Assembly (NCBI GenBank): GCA_900319275.1
Contig: ONNS01000001.1
Location: 19,448-83,447 of the forward strand
Reading direction: 5' to 3'
DNA: 64,000 nt
Source of the DNA: an uncultured Eubacteriales bacterium
GTDB taxonomy: Bacteria > Bacillota > Clostridia > Oscillospirales > Oscillospiraceae
This document shows positions 1 through 8,628 of the stretch, piece by piece (the first letter of the stretch is position 1; each line of letters begins with the position of its first letter). Position numbers and translations under genes: made by a program. The notes under the pieces were generated by a model. It had not been told where the DNA came from, did not search any database, and saw only the letters and a list, made by a program, of their open reading frames with translations.

Positions 1-148
1 GTTCTACTCGCAAAAGGATGCCGGCGGCAGCATTGCCGACTATATGGCGGCCTATGGGGTAGATGACGTGTATATCGTCTACAGTACAAACTCCATGGTC
101 TGGGACAACGACTTGCAGACCAAGCTGCGTACCTATCTGTACGAATAA
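1..148 (+). CDS. hypothetical protein, C-terminal fragment (gene begins upstream of window)
   Basis: Open frame from window edge to TAA at 146-148 (...TKLRTYLYE*), same strand and 12 nt before the MBOAT gene; no family recognised. Confidence 0.45.
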   Translation, partial: FYSQKDAGGSIADYMAAYGVDDVYIVYSTNSMVWDNDLQTKLRTYLYE

Positions 149-160
149 GGGGGCGTCGGC

Positions 161-1555
161 ATGGTTTTTTCAAGTTTGAGCTTCCTGTTCCTGTTCCTGC
201 CGCTGTTGTATCTGCTGTATTTCATCATCCCCAATCTGCGCTGGCGCAACGGCGTGCTGGTTGCAATGTCGCTGTTGTTTTACGGCTGGGGCGAGCCGGT
301 GTGGATCCTGGCGATGCTGTTTTCCACACTGGTCAACTACTTCTGCGCCCGTACTGTGACGCGAATCGCGGATGTGCGCCGGCGCCGCCTGGTGCTGACG
401 CTCGGTGTGCTGGCCTCGGTCAGTTTTTTGGCCTATTTCAAGTATGCGGCCTTCTTTGCCAACAGCTTTGCCGCGCTCTTCGGCAGCGCCTGGCGTATGA
501 GCGAGCCGCGCCTGCCGATCGGCATTTCGTTTTATACCTTCCAGGTGCTGACCTACACCGTGGACGTCTACCGCGGAAAGGCCGAAGCGCTGGATTCTCC
601 GCTGGATCTGCTGCTGTATGTCAGTTGTTTCCCGCAGCTGATCGCCGGCCCGATCGTCCAGTATGCCGACATTGCACCGGAGCTGCGGCAGCGCGCGGTG
701 CTGCCCGACGACTTTGCCGACGGTTTCAGGCGTTTCGTCAAAGGACTTGCCAAAAAAGTGCTGCTGGCAAACCTCTGCGGTCAGGCACTTGAGGAGCTTG
801 CGCTCGGACAGGCGGGCTGGACCGTCGTCGGCGCGTGGCTGGGCGCGTTTCTCTATGGGCTGCAGATCTACTTCGACTTTTCGGCCTACTCGGATATGGC
901 GATCGGCCTCGGACGGACGCTGGGCTTCCACTACAAAGAGAACTTTGATTTTCCCTTTGCCTCTCAGACCGTCGGCGAGTTCTGGCGGCGCTGGCACATG
1001 TCACTGGGAGCGTTTTTCCGCGATTACGTATACATCCCCCTCGGCGGCAGCCGCTGCAGCACGGCCAGAGCAATCTTCAACACACTGTTCGTCTGGCTGC
1101 TGACAGGTCTGTGGCACGGCGCCAACTGGAACTTTGTGCTTTGGGGACTTTATTTTGGGGTAATACTGCTGCTGGAGCGCTATGTGCTGAAAAAAGCGCT
1201 CAAAAGAGCGCCGAAGCTGCTGCGTCTCGGCTGGACCTCGCTGCTGGTGCTGATCAGCTGGGTGATTTTCTATGAGGTGGATCTGGGGCAGATGGGACGG
1301 CATCTCACCGCGCTTGTCGGCCTGGGCGTGACGGGCTGGATCGACGATACAGCGCGCACGGTGCTGCGCACTTGGACGCTGTTCCCGCTGCTGGCCTGGC
1401 TGCTGAGTCTGCCGACGGTACCGGCTATCCAAAAGCGTCTGCCGAAAAAGCTCGGCGAGGCGTTCGGCATGGTGCTGACGCCGCTGCTGCTGGGCGTTTC
1501 TGTCGTCTTTCTGATCGGACAGAGCTATAATCCGTTTATTTATTTTCGGTTTTAA
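161..1555 (+). CDS. MBOAT-family membrane O-acyltransferase (AlgI/DltB/PatA-like)
   Basis: 464 aa polytopic protein; signature FWRRWHMSLGAFFRDYVYIPLGG and WHGANWNF typical of MBOAT; AAGGGGG RBS before ATG 161. Confidence 0.88.
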   Translation: MVFSSLSFLFLFLPLLYLLYFIIPNLRWRNGVLVAMSLLFYGWGEPVWILAMLFSTLVNYFCARTVTRIADVRRRRLVLTLGVLASVSFLAYFKYAAFFANSFAALFGSAWRMSEPRLPIGISFYTFQVLTYTVDVYRGKAEALDSPLDLLLYVSCFPQLIAGPIVQYADIAPELRQRAVLPDDFADGFRRFVKGLAKKVLLANLCGQALEELALGQAGWTVVGAWLGAFLYGLQIYFDFSAYSDMAIGLGRTLGFHYKENFDFPFASQTVGEFWRRWHMSLGAFFRDYVYIPLGGSRCSTARAIFNTLFVWLLTGLWHGANWNFVLWGLYFGVILLLERYVLKKALKRAPKLLRLGWTSLLVLISWVIFYEVDLGQMGRHLTALVGLGVTGWIDDTARTVLRTWTLFPLLAWLLSLPTVPAIQKRLPKKLGEAFGMVLTPLLLGVSVVFLIGQSYNPFIYFRF

Positions 1556-1573
1556 CCGTGAAAGGCAAGCCAT

Positions 1574-3037
1574 ATGGAACAAAACCAGACAATCAATCTT
1601 CGCGCGGCGGTTATGGGGATGCTGCTGGCAGCGACGCTCGTATTTGCAGCGGCGGTGTACGGCGGTATCCGTCTTAGGCAGGAATTGCCGAGATGGCGGA
1701 TCGAACGGGTGGAGGCTGCAATCAACGCGGGTGACACCGCGGCTGCCCGGCAGCGGATCGAGCGGCTGGATGACGACACACAGCGCAGCCTCTATCTTCC
1801 GCAGTGCGACTATATCGACGGCAAGACGCTGCTGGAAGCGGGCGATACCGTATCTGCCCGTGCGGCATTTGCCGCAGCCGGGGACTATCTCGACGCATCC
1901 GACATGGTGAAGCAATGTGACTACGCCTCTGCGGAAGCGCTGTACAGCCGTGGCGACTGGACGGGCGCGCTGGAGGCCTTTCGCGCGCTCGGCGCTTACG
2001 CCGACGCAGCCGACCGCTGCAGCGACTGCCGTTACCGTATGGCCGAGAGTGCGGCCGACAGCGGCAGCTGGGAGGAGGCTGCTGCGATCTTTTCGGAATT
2101 GGGGGATTACGCCGACGCGCGTGAGCGCTTGACCGAGATCGCCCGGAGCGTCACCGGCCTTTCCGATGGCCAGGAGGCGCTGGCTGCCTTTAACGGCATG
2201 GGCCGTGAGAATGTGGAACTGAATCTTCGTATGAATACGCGCCGTGCCCAATTGAGCCAGGAGAGTATCGCTGTTGGCTTTTATCATACGGTGGGGCTCG
2301 CCGCTGACGGCACGGCTCTGGCCTGCGGCGACAACAGCTACGGTCAGTGTGATGTGGCCGGTGAGAGCAATCTGAAGGCTGTGGCGGCCGGCGCCTATCA
2401 CACACTGCTGCTGCGCGCCGACGGAACGGTCCGCGCGGTAGGACGCAATGAAGAAGGCCAGTGCGAAACGGCTGCATGGAGAGATGTGGTCACCGTGGCG
2501 GCCTCCAACTATGCAAGCTTTGGTCTGACCGCCGACGGGCACGTCCTGTGCGCAGGCTTCGGAGATTTTGCCGAGGTCGAGAGCTGGAGCGGTATCGCGC
2601 AGCTTGCCGGAGGCTCGTATAACCTGGCCGGACTGCGCGCCGACGGCACGGTATGGGTCTGGCCGTCGCTTCCCGGCAGTGAGGTGCTCAACGGCGCGGC
2701 GCGCGTCGCTGTCAACAGCGGCTTTGCTGCCGCCGTGTTGCCGGACGGATCGCTATGCTGCACTGCCCCTGGCTTGCCGGAAGGGCAGGGACTCGTCAGT
2801 CTGTCGGTCTCGGGCACCTGTGTGCTCGCACTCGACGCCGACGGTCAGATCCTGCCGCACTTTTTCCGTGCAGGCGATGCCTATGACCTCTCCGCGGTCC
2901 GTGACGCGGTGGCCGTCGCTGCCGGCGGAACCCACAGCGCGGTTGTCTATGCCGACGGCAGCACCGCAGTCTTCGGCCGCACCGAGGAAGGGCAGGGGAA
3001 CACCGCCGCCTGGCGTCTGAAGGTCAACGAAGACTGA
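1574..3037 (+). CDS. membrane-anchored protein with RCC1-like beta-propeller repeats
   Basis: N-terminal TM (MGMLLAATLVFAAAVYGGI), then repeated motifs GDNSYGQCDV / GRNEEGQCET / GRTEEGQGNT alternating with YHT..L..DG blades typical of RCC1/ATS1 repeats. Confidence 0.78.
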   Translation: MEQNQTINLRAAVMGMLLAATLVFAAAVYGGIRLRQELPRWRIERVEAAINAGDTAAARQRIERLDDDTQRSLYLPQCDYIDGKTLLEAGDTVSARAAFAAAGDYLDASDMVKQCDYASAEALYSRGDWTGALEAFRALGAYADAADRCSDCRYRMAESAADSGSWEEAAAIFSELGDYADARERLTEIARSVTGLSDGQEALAAFNGMGRENVELNLRMNTRRAQLSQESIAVGFYHTVGLAADGTALACGDNSYGQCDVAGESNLKAVAAGAYHTLLLRADGTVRAVGRNEEGQCETAAWRDVVTVAASNYASFGLTADGHVLCAGFGDFAEVESWSGIAQLAGGSYNLAGLRADGTVWVWPSLPGSEVLNGAARVAVNSGFAAAVLPDGSLCCTAPGLPEGQGLVSLSVSGTCVLALDADGQILPHFFRAGDAYDLSAVRDAVAVAAGGTHSAVVYADGSTAVFGRTEEGQGNTAAWRLKVNED

Positions 3038-3065
3038 AGCTTTCAATAGTATCGGGAGGAATTTG

Positions 3066-3806
3066 ATGTCAAAAATCCAATCCGCCGTTGCTCTGGCGGT
3101 GGAGATGGCGAACGATCCCACGCACGGCTACAGCCAGATAAACCGCTGGGGGCCGGACTACGATTGTTCAAGCTTTCTGATCCACGTCTGGCAGACGGCC
3201 GGCGTGCCGGTGCGTGACGCGGGCGCGAGCTACACCGGCAACATGAAGGCGGCCTTTCTGGCCTGCGGTTTTGCCGACGTGAGCACCTTTGTCAACCTTG
3301 CCACCGGCGAGGGCTGTATGCCCGGGGATATCCTGCTCAACGAGCGCAATCATGTGGCCATGTCGCTCGGCCACGGGCAGATGGTCTGGGCCAGCACTTC
3401 CGGCGGCCATCCCGAGCCGGGCGACCAGACCGGCCGCGAGATTCGCACCGGCGCGTTCTATTCGTTTCCCTGGGACTGCTGCCTGCGCTATCTTGCCGAG
3501 GATGCCGACGCGCCGGAGGAGGATGAGGTTCCCGGCGAGACTGTGCCGGGCGATACCGTCCCGCCCCCGAGTGCTGCCGGCGGCCTGACTATTCGCACGC
3601 TGCGCCGCGGTATGACCGGCGAGGATGTGCGCGCGCTGCAGCTGCTGCTGATCGGGCGGCGCTGCTCCTGCGGCCCGGACGGCGCCGACGGGGATTTTGG
3701 CCCCAATACGCTCGCCGCTGTCCGCAGCGCTCAGCGGCACTATCAGCTCACGGTCGACGGCGAGGCCGGACGCGATACGCTTGGCGCGCTGCTGACGAGA
3801 GCATAA
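3066..3806 (+). CDS. NlpC/P60-like cell-wall hydrolase with C-terminal peptidoglycan-binding (PG_binding_1-like) domain
   Basis: GGGAGGA RBS 5 nt before ATG 3066; catalytic-type motifs DYDCSS and NHVAM; C-terminal GEDVRALQLLL...DGDFGPNTLAAVRSAQ; strongly similar to prophage endolysin 35758..36483. Confidence 0.8.
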   Translation: MSKIQSAVALAVEMANDPTHGYSQINRWGPDYDCSSFLIHVWQTAGVPVRDAGASYTGNMKAAFLACGFADVSTFVNLATGEGCMPGDILLNERNHVAMSLGHGQMVWASTSGGHPEPGDQTGREIRTGAFYSFPWDCCLRYLAEDADAPEEDEVPGETVPGDTVPPPSAAGGLTIRTLRRGMTGEDVRALQLLLIGRRCSCGPDGADGDFGPNTLAAVRSAQRHYQLTVDGEAGRDTLGALLTRA

Positions 3807-3827
3807 TATCCCGCAAGAGTTTATACG

Positions 3828-3870
3828 CACGCGCCGCGGCTCGCCCGCGGCGCGTGTGTCCGTATTTTCT
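3828..3870 (+). terminator. rho-independent terminator
   Basis: 12-bp GC stem cacgcgccgcgg/ccgcggcgcgtg with 5-nt loop followed by T-rich tract (tattttct). Confidence 0.65.
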
Positions 3871-3914
3871 GCTTGCAATTTCCCGGAAAGTACGGTATAC
3901 TGCATCAGTAATAT

Positions 3915-4000
3915 GCCGGTGTGATGGAATGGTAGACGTGACGGACTCAAAATCCGTTGGTGGCGACACCGTGTGGGTTCGAGTCCCACCACCGGCACCA
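3915..4000 (+). tRNA. tRNA-Leu (anticodon CAA), class II with long variable arm, encoded CCA
   Basis: Acceptor GCCGGTG/CACCGGC, anticodon stem ACGGA/TCCGT with loop CTCAAAA, T-arm GTGGG-TTCGAGT-CCCAC, long variable arm, terminal CCA. Confidence 0.93.
3975..4000 (+). repeat. attL core (gggttcgagtcccaccaccggcacca)
   Basis: Identical 26-mer recurs at 55125..55150; here it forms the T-arm/acceptor 3' end of the intact tRNA. Confidence 0.9.
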
Positions 4001-4011
4001 GATTTGAGAGG

Positions 4012-4041
4012 CCCGCGATCCAGAAGGATTGCGGGTTTTTC
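4012..4041 (+). terminator. terminator hairpin supplied by the phage arm downstream of the tRNA
   Basis: cccgcgatcc-agaa-ggattgcggg stem-loop followed by ttttt. Confidence 0.65.
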
Positions 4042-4127
4042 TTTGCTTTTCAACGGTTTTCGGTATTCAAAAAGCAACTTGCAGATTCAAACAAGAGATG
4101 CAAAAATCAATACTTAGCAAAAGAAAA

Positions 4128-4147
4128 TGCTAACTATTTTGCTAACT
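4128..4147 (+). repeat. pair of TGCTAACT direct repeats (candidate integrase arm-type sites, P' arm)
   Basis: tgctaact at 4128-4135 and 4140-4147 (12-bp phasing); same octamer pair with same phasing at 55056..55075. Confidence 0.5.
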
Positions 4148-4312
4148 ATCCACAAGCACTCTTATATGCCTATTTCTTCAATAATCGTCTTTTCCCTCGC
4201 GCGCCTCCTATATTTCGTGCGATTCTTACAGCATGGACGTATTTTTCTTCCAAAATCGTCCAAATATGACGGAATTGCGGTAGAATTGACCGCAGAGAAG
4301 GAGCGTGCCAAA

Positions 4313-4552
4313 ATGATACGGATTCTCTTGTCTGCCCGTCTCGGCGAAAGACGGTGGACACAAGCGCGGCTTGCACAGGAGACAGGCCTCCGGCCAGCGA
4401 CAATCAATGAGCTTTACAATGAGATGGTTGATTCGATCAGCCTTGAAAAGCTCGACAAGATTTGCCGCGCGCTGAACTGTGACGTTGGAGACATCCTGGT
4501 CGTCGAAACTGATCAGTTAAGGCGTACCCTCGCTGACAAGCCCCGCAAGTAA
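4313..4552 (+). CDS. XRE/Cro-CI family HTH DNA-binding protein
   Basis: AAGGAG RBS then ATG 4313; 79 aa, WTQARLAQETGLRPATINELYN HTH; upstream part of the 4127 ORF looks non-coding. Confidence 0.75.
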   Translation: MIRILLSARLGERRWTQARLAQETGLRPATINELYNEMVDSISLEKLDKICRALNCDVGDILVVETDQLRRTLADKPRK

Positions 4553-4600
4553 CAAAGAGCGCAGGTAGTCGTTCATTCGGCTGCCTGCGCTTTTTGCATT

Positions 4601-4831
4601 TTAAAGGTCCTTTTCCGATGTGAACACGATCTGCTCCCCATTCGGCCGGATAATCGCGAGTTTGCTGCCCGTTGCCTCAGCAATCTTGATAACATCGTCC
4701 AGCGACCACCGTTCATTCACAAATTTGTTGCTCAGACTTTGCTTGCTCCCCATTTCGAGAACCGGCATGAGATCAGACTGCTTCATACCGCAGGCGTCGA
4801 TCAGGTATCGGAGCTTTGCAGAATTTGACAT
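4601..4831 (-). CDS. small HTH regulator (repressor-like), divergent from the long plus-strand operon
   Basis: GGAGGTGG RBS before ATG 4831; 76 aa, KLRYLIDACGMKQSDLMPVLEMGSKQSLSNKF HTH-like. Confidence 0.7.
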   Translation of the reverse strand: MSNSAKLRYLIDACGMKQSDLMPVLEMGSKQSLSNKFVNERWSLDDVIKIAEATGSKLAIIRPNGEQIVFTSEKDL

Positions 4832-4873
4832 TGAACCACCTCCATTGACGATAATACACCCGTCTTGCTGAAT

Positions 4874-4950
4874 AGTCAATAATATTTTTTTACTTTTCCA
4901 CGAAAAATATTGATTTTTGTATTGACAAGTCAATAATTTTGGTGTACTAT
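4874..4950 (+). promoter_or_regulatory. promoter (TTGACA-17-TACTAT) with two AGTCAATAAT operator-like repeats
   Basis: -35 ttgaca 4922-4927, -10 tactat 4945-4950, 17-nt spacer; agtcaataat at 4874-4883 and 4928-4937 (second abuts the -35). Confidence 0.65.
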
Positions 4951-4986
4951 GTATACAGAAAAAAGAAAAAACAGGAGGAACGAAAC

Positions 4987-5160
4987 ATGAAATTCACACT
5001 CTGCGACAAAAACGGCAATGGCCGTGAGTTAACCATGGAGGAGGTTCACAAACACCTCTCCGAGGCACAGATCGAAGAAGCGATTCAAGCGAAGATCGCA
5101 GACCCCGGCGAGGATGTAGCATATATGACAATCGGCGGCATAATCTGCCTGGATTTTTAA
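4987..5160 (+). CDS. hypothetical protein
   Basis: AGGAGGAA RBS, ATG 4987; 57 aa; first gene after the promoter. Confidence 0.6.
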   Translation: MKFTLCDKNGNGRELTMEEVHKHLSEAQIEEAIQAKIADPGEDVAYMTIGGIICLDF

Positions 5161-5171
5161 GGAGGGCCAAA

Positions 5172-5411
5172 ATGAACGAATCCTATACCATCAGATGCAC
5201 CTGCCACACCTACGTCACCCTCGAATGGAATGACAAATTCATTGCCTGCTATGACAACGATATGCAGTACATGGAGGAGATCATCGAGAAGATTGAAAAG
5301 CGAACCGGTCAGAAATTCAACACGATCCAGCGTAAAGGCAGCATCCAGAACTTTGACGGTCTCCGTTTTCTCCACGGCGGATTCAAAAAAGGCACCGAGA
5401 TTTTCGGATGA
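5172..5411 (+). CDS. hypothetical protein
   Basis: 79-aa ORF, AAGGAGGG RBS upstream, tightly packed in operon. Confidence 0.6.
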   Translation: MNESYTIRCTCHTYVTLEWNDKFIACYDNDMQYMEEIIEKIEKRTGQKFNTIQRKGSIQNFDGLRFLHGGFKKGTEIFG

Positions 5412-5920
5412 AAGATAAGCCCTCCCGGCCGGGCAAAAGACCGGGAGAAAGGAAAATGAAAATGGCACACGATTGGAACGAATTCGACAGATTTGAGAGC
5501 AAATACATGCCTGATTACGGCGATGGCGATACGATGGCATCCCAGGCAGAAACCGCACTGAACAAGCTGGTTTACAAATGGTTCAACGATGGTGATGTTT
5601 ACGACAACCATTACGGCATGGCCGGATGGGCCAACGATATATCCGGATCTGCGAACTGGCTGGCAAATCACTTTCCCGGAGCAAAGGCAATTCTCGACAG
5701 AATCTATGACATCGGCTGTGACGATGGCAAGTATGAGGACATTCTGTATGACCTCTGCTGCCTGATCCACGATACGCCGAACCTGCTGGACAGTCTGAAC
5801 AACATCCCGAAGATCGGAGACGCATACAGCGATGCAGGACCGTACAAGTTCGAGTATTACGACGAGGATGAGGACGAGTACGAAGAAGAGTACGAAGAAG
5901 ATGAGGAGGACTACGAATGA
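5408..5920 (+). CDS. hypothetical protein with poly-acidic C-terminal tail (alternative start 5456)
   Basis: ATGA overlap with previous stop; better RBS (GAGAAAGGA) before ATG 5456; C-terminus YYDEDEDEYEEEYEEDEEDYE. Confidence 0.6.
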   Translation: MKDKPSRPGKRPGERKMKMAHDWNEFDRFESKYMPDYGDGDTMASQAETALNKLVYKWFNDGDVYDNHYGMAGWANDISGSANWLANHFPGAKAILDRIYDIGCDDGKYEDILYDLCCLIHDTPNLLDSLNNIPKIGDAYSDAGPYKFEYYDEDEDEYEEEYEEDEEDYE

Positions 5921-6372
5921 AATATCTGCACTTCACCCTCACCCAGAACGGTGTGCAGATCGGGACTGCCGCTGTCATGGAGCAGGCAATCAACGCCGCC
6001 AAAGGGTACGCCGAAAAGTACGGTGCCCCGGTCTCAGTGATCGGGCACCGGGACGACGGCAAGGAAAAAGAGGTCATCTACCACCCGGACGGCAGGATAG
6101 AGAAAATCTGGGAGCTGGCGCAGAGCTCCCCCTTCTGCCCCGAAGAGGGGATGACCTACAGGAACGCTGGAGGCGGCGAATATCGCTGTGAATGGGCTTC
6201 CGGCACCGAGGCTCGCATGGTAAACACCAAGAGCGGATGGAGCCTTCGTGCTCACGGTTGCCGGATCTACTTTGACGGCTCCATTGAGTGGGACTACTCA
6301 ACGGACGGCTGCTTCACCCATTTAGTAAGCCCTCCCAGGAGCCGCAAAAACCAGACAGGGAAAGGAAGGTAA
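5917..6372 (+). CDS. hypothetical protein
   Basis: 151-aa ORF, ATGA start/stop overlap with previous gene. Confidence 0.6.
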   Translation: MKYLHFTLTQNGVQIGTAAVMEQAINAAKGYAEKYGAPVSVIGHRDDGKEKEVIYHPDGRIEKIWELAQSSPFCPEEGMTYRNAGGGEYRCEWASGTEARMVNTKSGWSLRAHGCRIYFDGSIEWDYSTDGCFTHLVSPPRSRKNQTGKGR

Positions 6373-6374
6373 GA

Positions 6375-6656
6375 ATGAAAACCAAAGAATACCGGATGGA
6401 GATAAATGTGCTTGACACGATCGAGACTACCGTCAAGATCAGTGAGAGCGTATACAAACAGAAACTCAAGAGTCTAAAGCGTCAGGTTGCTGAGACACAG
6501 GCTGATCGAGATAGAGAGTCCACTTTCGTGGCGCATGAAACCGAGATGGTTGACGAATTCGAGACGTACATCCGGAAGACCTACCGTGCAACGCTCGGAA
6601 CGACCGACATTGAGCTGATCGCAGTCATTTGCAAGTCTGGATATTGCTTCAAATAA
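6375..6656 (+). CDS. hypothetical protein
   Basis: GGAAAGGAAGG RBS then ATG 6375; 93 aa. Confidence 0.55.
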   Translation: MKTKEYRMEINVLDTIETTVKISESVYKQKLKSLKRQVAETQADRDRESTFVAHETEMVDEFETYIRKTYRATLGTTDIELIAVICKSGYCFK

Positions 6657-6693
6657 TCTCTTCCCGCCCCGGAGGTCACGAGGGCAGAAAGGA

Positions 6694-6936
6694 ATGATCA
6701 TGGAAAACCAGAAAGAATTGAAGATCGAAATGCTTTTGAGCGAACGCGGAGGAATGATCCAGTTTCGCCCCCTTGGAATCGGCCATTCCCCGGAAGTGTG
6801 GGAAATCGTCACTGGGAGAAATTTTCCTTATACTTGGAGCGGCTGCTGTTGCGATATGGAGACTACCATTGGAACGATCCGCCAGATCACCGAGAAACTG
6901 CAAAAACTCGGATATAGCCCTGTGTTTGTCCCGTAA
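6694..6936 (+). CDS. hypothetical protein
   Basis: 80-aa ORF with AGAAAGGAA RBS. Confidence 0.5.
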   Translation: MIMENQKELKIEMLLSERGGMIQFRPLGIGHSPEVWEIVTGRNFPYTWSGCCCDMETTIGTIRQITEKLQKLGYSPVFVP

Positions 6937-7011
6937 GCCGAAACGCCCTCCGGGGCGTCCGCCGGAGATCGCCTCCCGGCGCCGATGAAGGCAGGCGAGA
7001 AAGGAGACAAA

Positions 7012-7452
7012 ATGTCACCTATCAGAAATCAATCTGAGTTCCGCAAGGGATATGAATGGCTGTTAATCCTGCAGCAATTGCTCAAGGAGAATGGCTTCGG
7101 AAAGCCAGACGTTGCCCGCGAGGAGATCAACAGCATTAAGCGGGAGCTTCGAGCTTTCGCAAACCGGGACACCGCGGTTGACGTTGGTATGGGCTTTATG
7201 TGTGAGCGCCGGATTGTCAGCAGCGACTTTGACGGCTATATCGAGCTGGTGAGCATTCCGGAAGTGTTCGATACTCTGGACGATGACACGGACGGCAACC
7301 CCGGGGCAAAGACATTTTTTGAGGAGTTCCTTGAGATCCACGCCCGCCCCTCTATGTATGATTGCACAGGGCAAGCCTTTACGAGTTGGTTCAAGCTGTT
7401 CAAGCGCAACGGTCAGTTTTGGGCATACCACAGTGTATGTTTTGACGTGTAA
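7012..7452 (+). CDS. hypothetical protein
   Basis: GAGAAAGGAGA RBS then ATG 7012; 146 aa. Confidence 0.6.
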   Translation: MSPIRNQSEFRKGYEWLLILQQLLKENGFGKPDVAREEINSIKRELRAFANRDTAVDVGMGFMCERRIVSSDFDGYIELVSIPEVFDTLDDDTDGNPGAKTFFEEFLEIHARPSMYDCTGQAFTSWFKLFKRNGQFWAYHSVCFDV

Positions 7453-7462
7453 GGAGGGAAGC

Positions 7463-7846
7463 ATGAAACTGGACAGCACACTTGTGAAAGAAATCCGCGA
7501 GGCGGTGGGCGACGGCAGCCGGGCAGCAAAATTCCGGCTCCTGCGCCGGGTGTCGGATGCCTGTGTGGATCTGAGCAGAGCGGACATACGCTCGACGTTC
7601 CATCAGGTTCTCCGGGAGCACGGGCGGGTGCCGGTGGCGATCTGCGTCGCGGCCACGCTGGAGGCCCGACGGGAGCGGATAGACTACTGGGGCATGGCAT
7701 GGGCGCGGGAAGTCCTCGCCCTGCTGCCCGGATGGACACCAGGCAACAAGGAACGGGCGCACATTGAGGATGGGATTCACCCGACGGCGATATGCGACTA
7801 TGCCGGAGACTTGATTTGTCTTACTTCGGAGAACATAACACGATGA
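7463..7846 (+). CDS. hypothetical protein (possibly DUF3849-like, unverified)
   Basis: TAAGGAGGGAAGC RBS then ATG 7463; 127 aa. Confidence 0.55.
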   Translation: MKLDSTLVKEIREAVGDGSRAAKFRLLRRVSDACVDLSRADIRSTFHQVLREHGRVPVAICVAATLEARRERIDYWGMAWAREVLALLPGWTPGNKERAHIEDGIHPTAICDYAGDLICLTSENITR

Positions 7847-8031
7847 GAGCATGGGAGTGGTTTTTCGTGGCCGAAGATGGGGGACTGAACTGCAGTGGCG
7901 GTGTTCCGATGAAGAGCGAGACCGAGGCCCTGAGAGCCGGAAAACGCTGGCAGCGCGAGACCGACAGAAAGGGAACGATTACGGCGCGGTGGGTTTACTT
8001 CCCCACAGCGAGCTACATCCTGGACTATTAA
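7843..8031 (+). CDS. hypothetical protein
   Basis: ATGA overlap with previous stop; 62 aa. Confidence 0.5.
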   Translation: MRAWEWFFVAEDGGLNCSGGVPMKSETEALRAGKRWQRETDRKGTITARWVYFPTASYILDY

Positions 8032-8074
8032 GAGACAGCTGACCTACCGGCTTTACGGGGAGAAAGGAAAAAAG

Positions 8075-8278
8075 ATGCCTGTTTATGATTTTTGCGGCCT
8101 ATGCACTGACGAATCGGTGGATGTCAGTATCTATGACATGAACGAGAAAGTGGAGGAAGAGGTCTTCACCGGAAGTATGAGGGACGCCATGGAAAGCGAG
8201 TGGGCAGACTTCGAGGTTGACAGCTTTGACCTCACCCCGGACGGGCTTTGCTTGAACATTGACACATCGGAGGACTGA
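8075..8278 (+). CDS. hypothetical acidic protein
   Basis: GAGAAAGGAAAAAAG RBS region, 67 aa. Confidence 0.55.
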   Translation: MPVYDFCGLCTDESVDVSIYDMNEKVEEEVFTGSMRDAMESEWADFEVDSFDLTPDGLCLNIDTSED

Positions 8279-8280
8279 GA

Positions 8281-8622
8281 ATGAGCAGAGACTGGACGCC
8301 TGAGGAGACGCGGGCAGCGTCCGAGGCCATGAAGCGCGCTGGGCAGATGAGCTATGAGGAGGTCGTTGCCGAGGCCACCAGGCAAATGATTGAGCAGTTT
8401 TCGGAGATCCAGCGCGAGGGGCATTTTCCCTGTCCACGCTGTGGTCATTACCGTATGAACGCTGATCCCATCCGAAACGCACTGAGCCGCCGGGTGGCTG
8501 TACAGATCTGCGATCAGTGTGGTATTGCAGAGGCCTTGGAAGACGCTATAGGCGAAAGATCGCCGCTGACCATGTGGAATATAGCCCAAGAGCCGGAAGC
8601 CTATAGAAGAGCCAGAAATTAG
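8281..8622 (+). CDS. hypothetical zinc-ribbon protein
   Basis: 113 aa with CPRCG...CDQCG. Confidence 0.6.
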   Translation: MSRDWTPEETRAASEAMKRAGQMSYEEVVAEATRQMIEQFSEIQREGHFPCPRCGHYRMNADPIRNALSRRVAVQICDQCGIAEALEDAIGERSPLTMWNIAQEPEAYRRARN

Positions 8623-8628
8623 GTTGCA

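Noticed and set aside
1001-2542. Very long antisense ORFs: this 513-aa one, plus 31177..33342, 48638..50407, 11181..12512, 13862..14998, 41100..42092 and 42477..43412.
   Set aside because: Their translations are Arg/Gly/Pro/His-rich low-complexity sequence typical of shadow frames in GC-rich DNA. In every case the opposite strand carries a gene with recognisable motifs, an RBS and operon context.
3066-3806. The hydrolase considered as part of the prophage (lysis gene).
   Set aside because: It lies on the 5' side of the intact tRNA, outside the 26-bp att repeats. It is separated from the phage by its own terminator.
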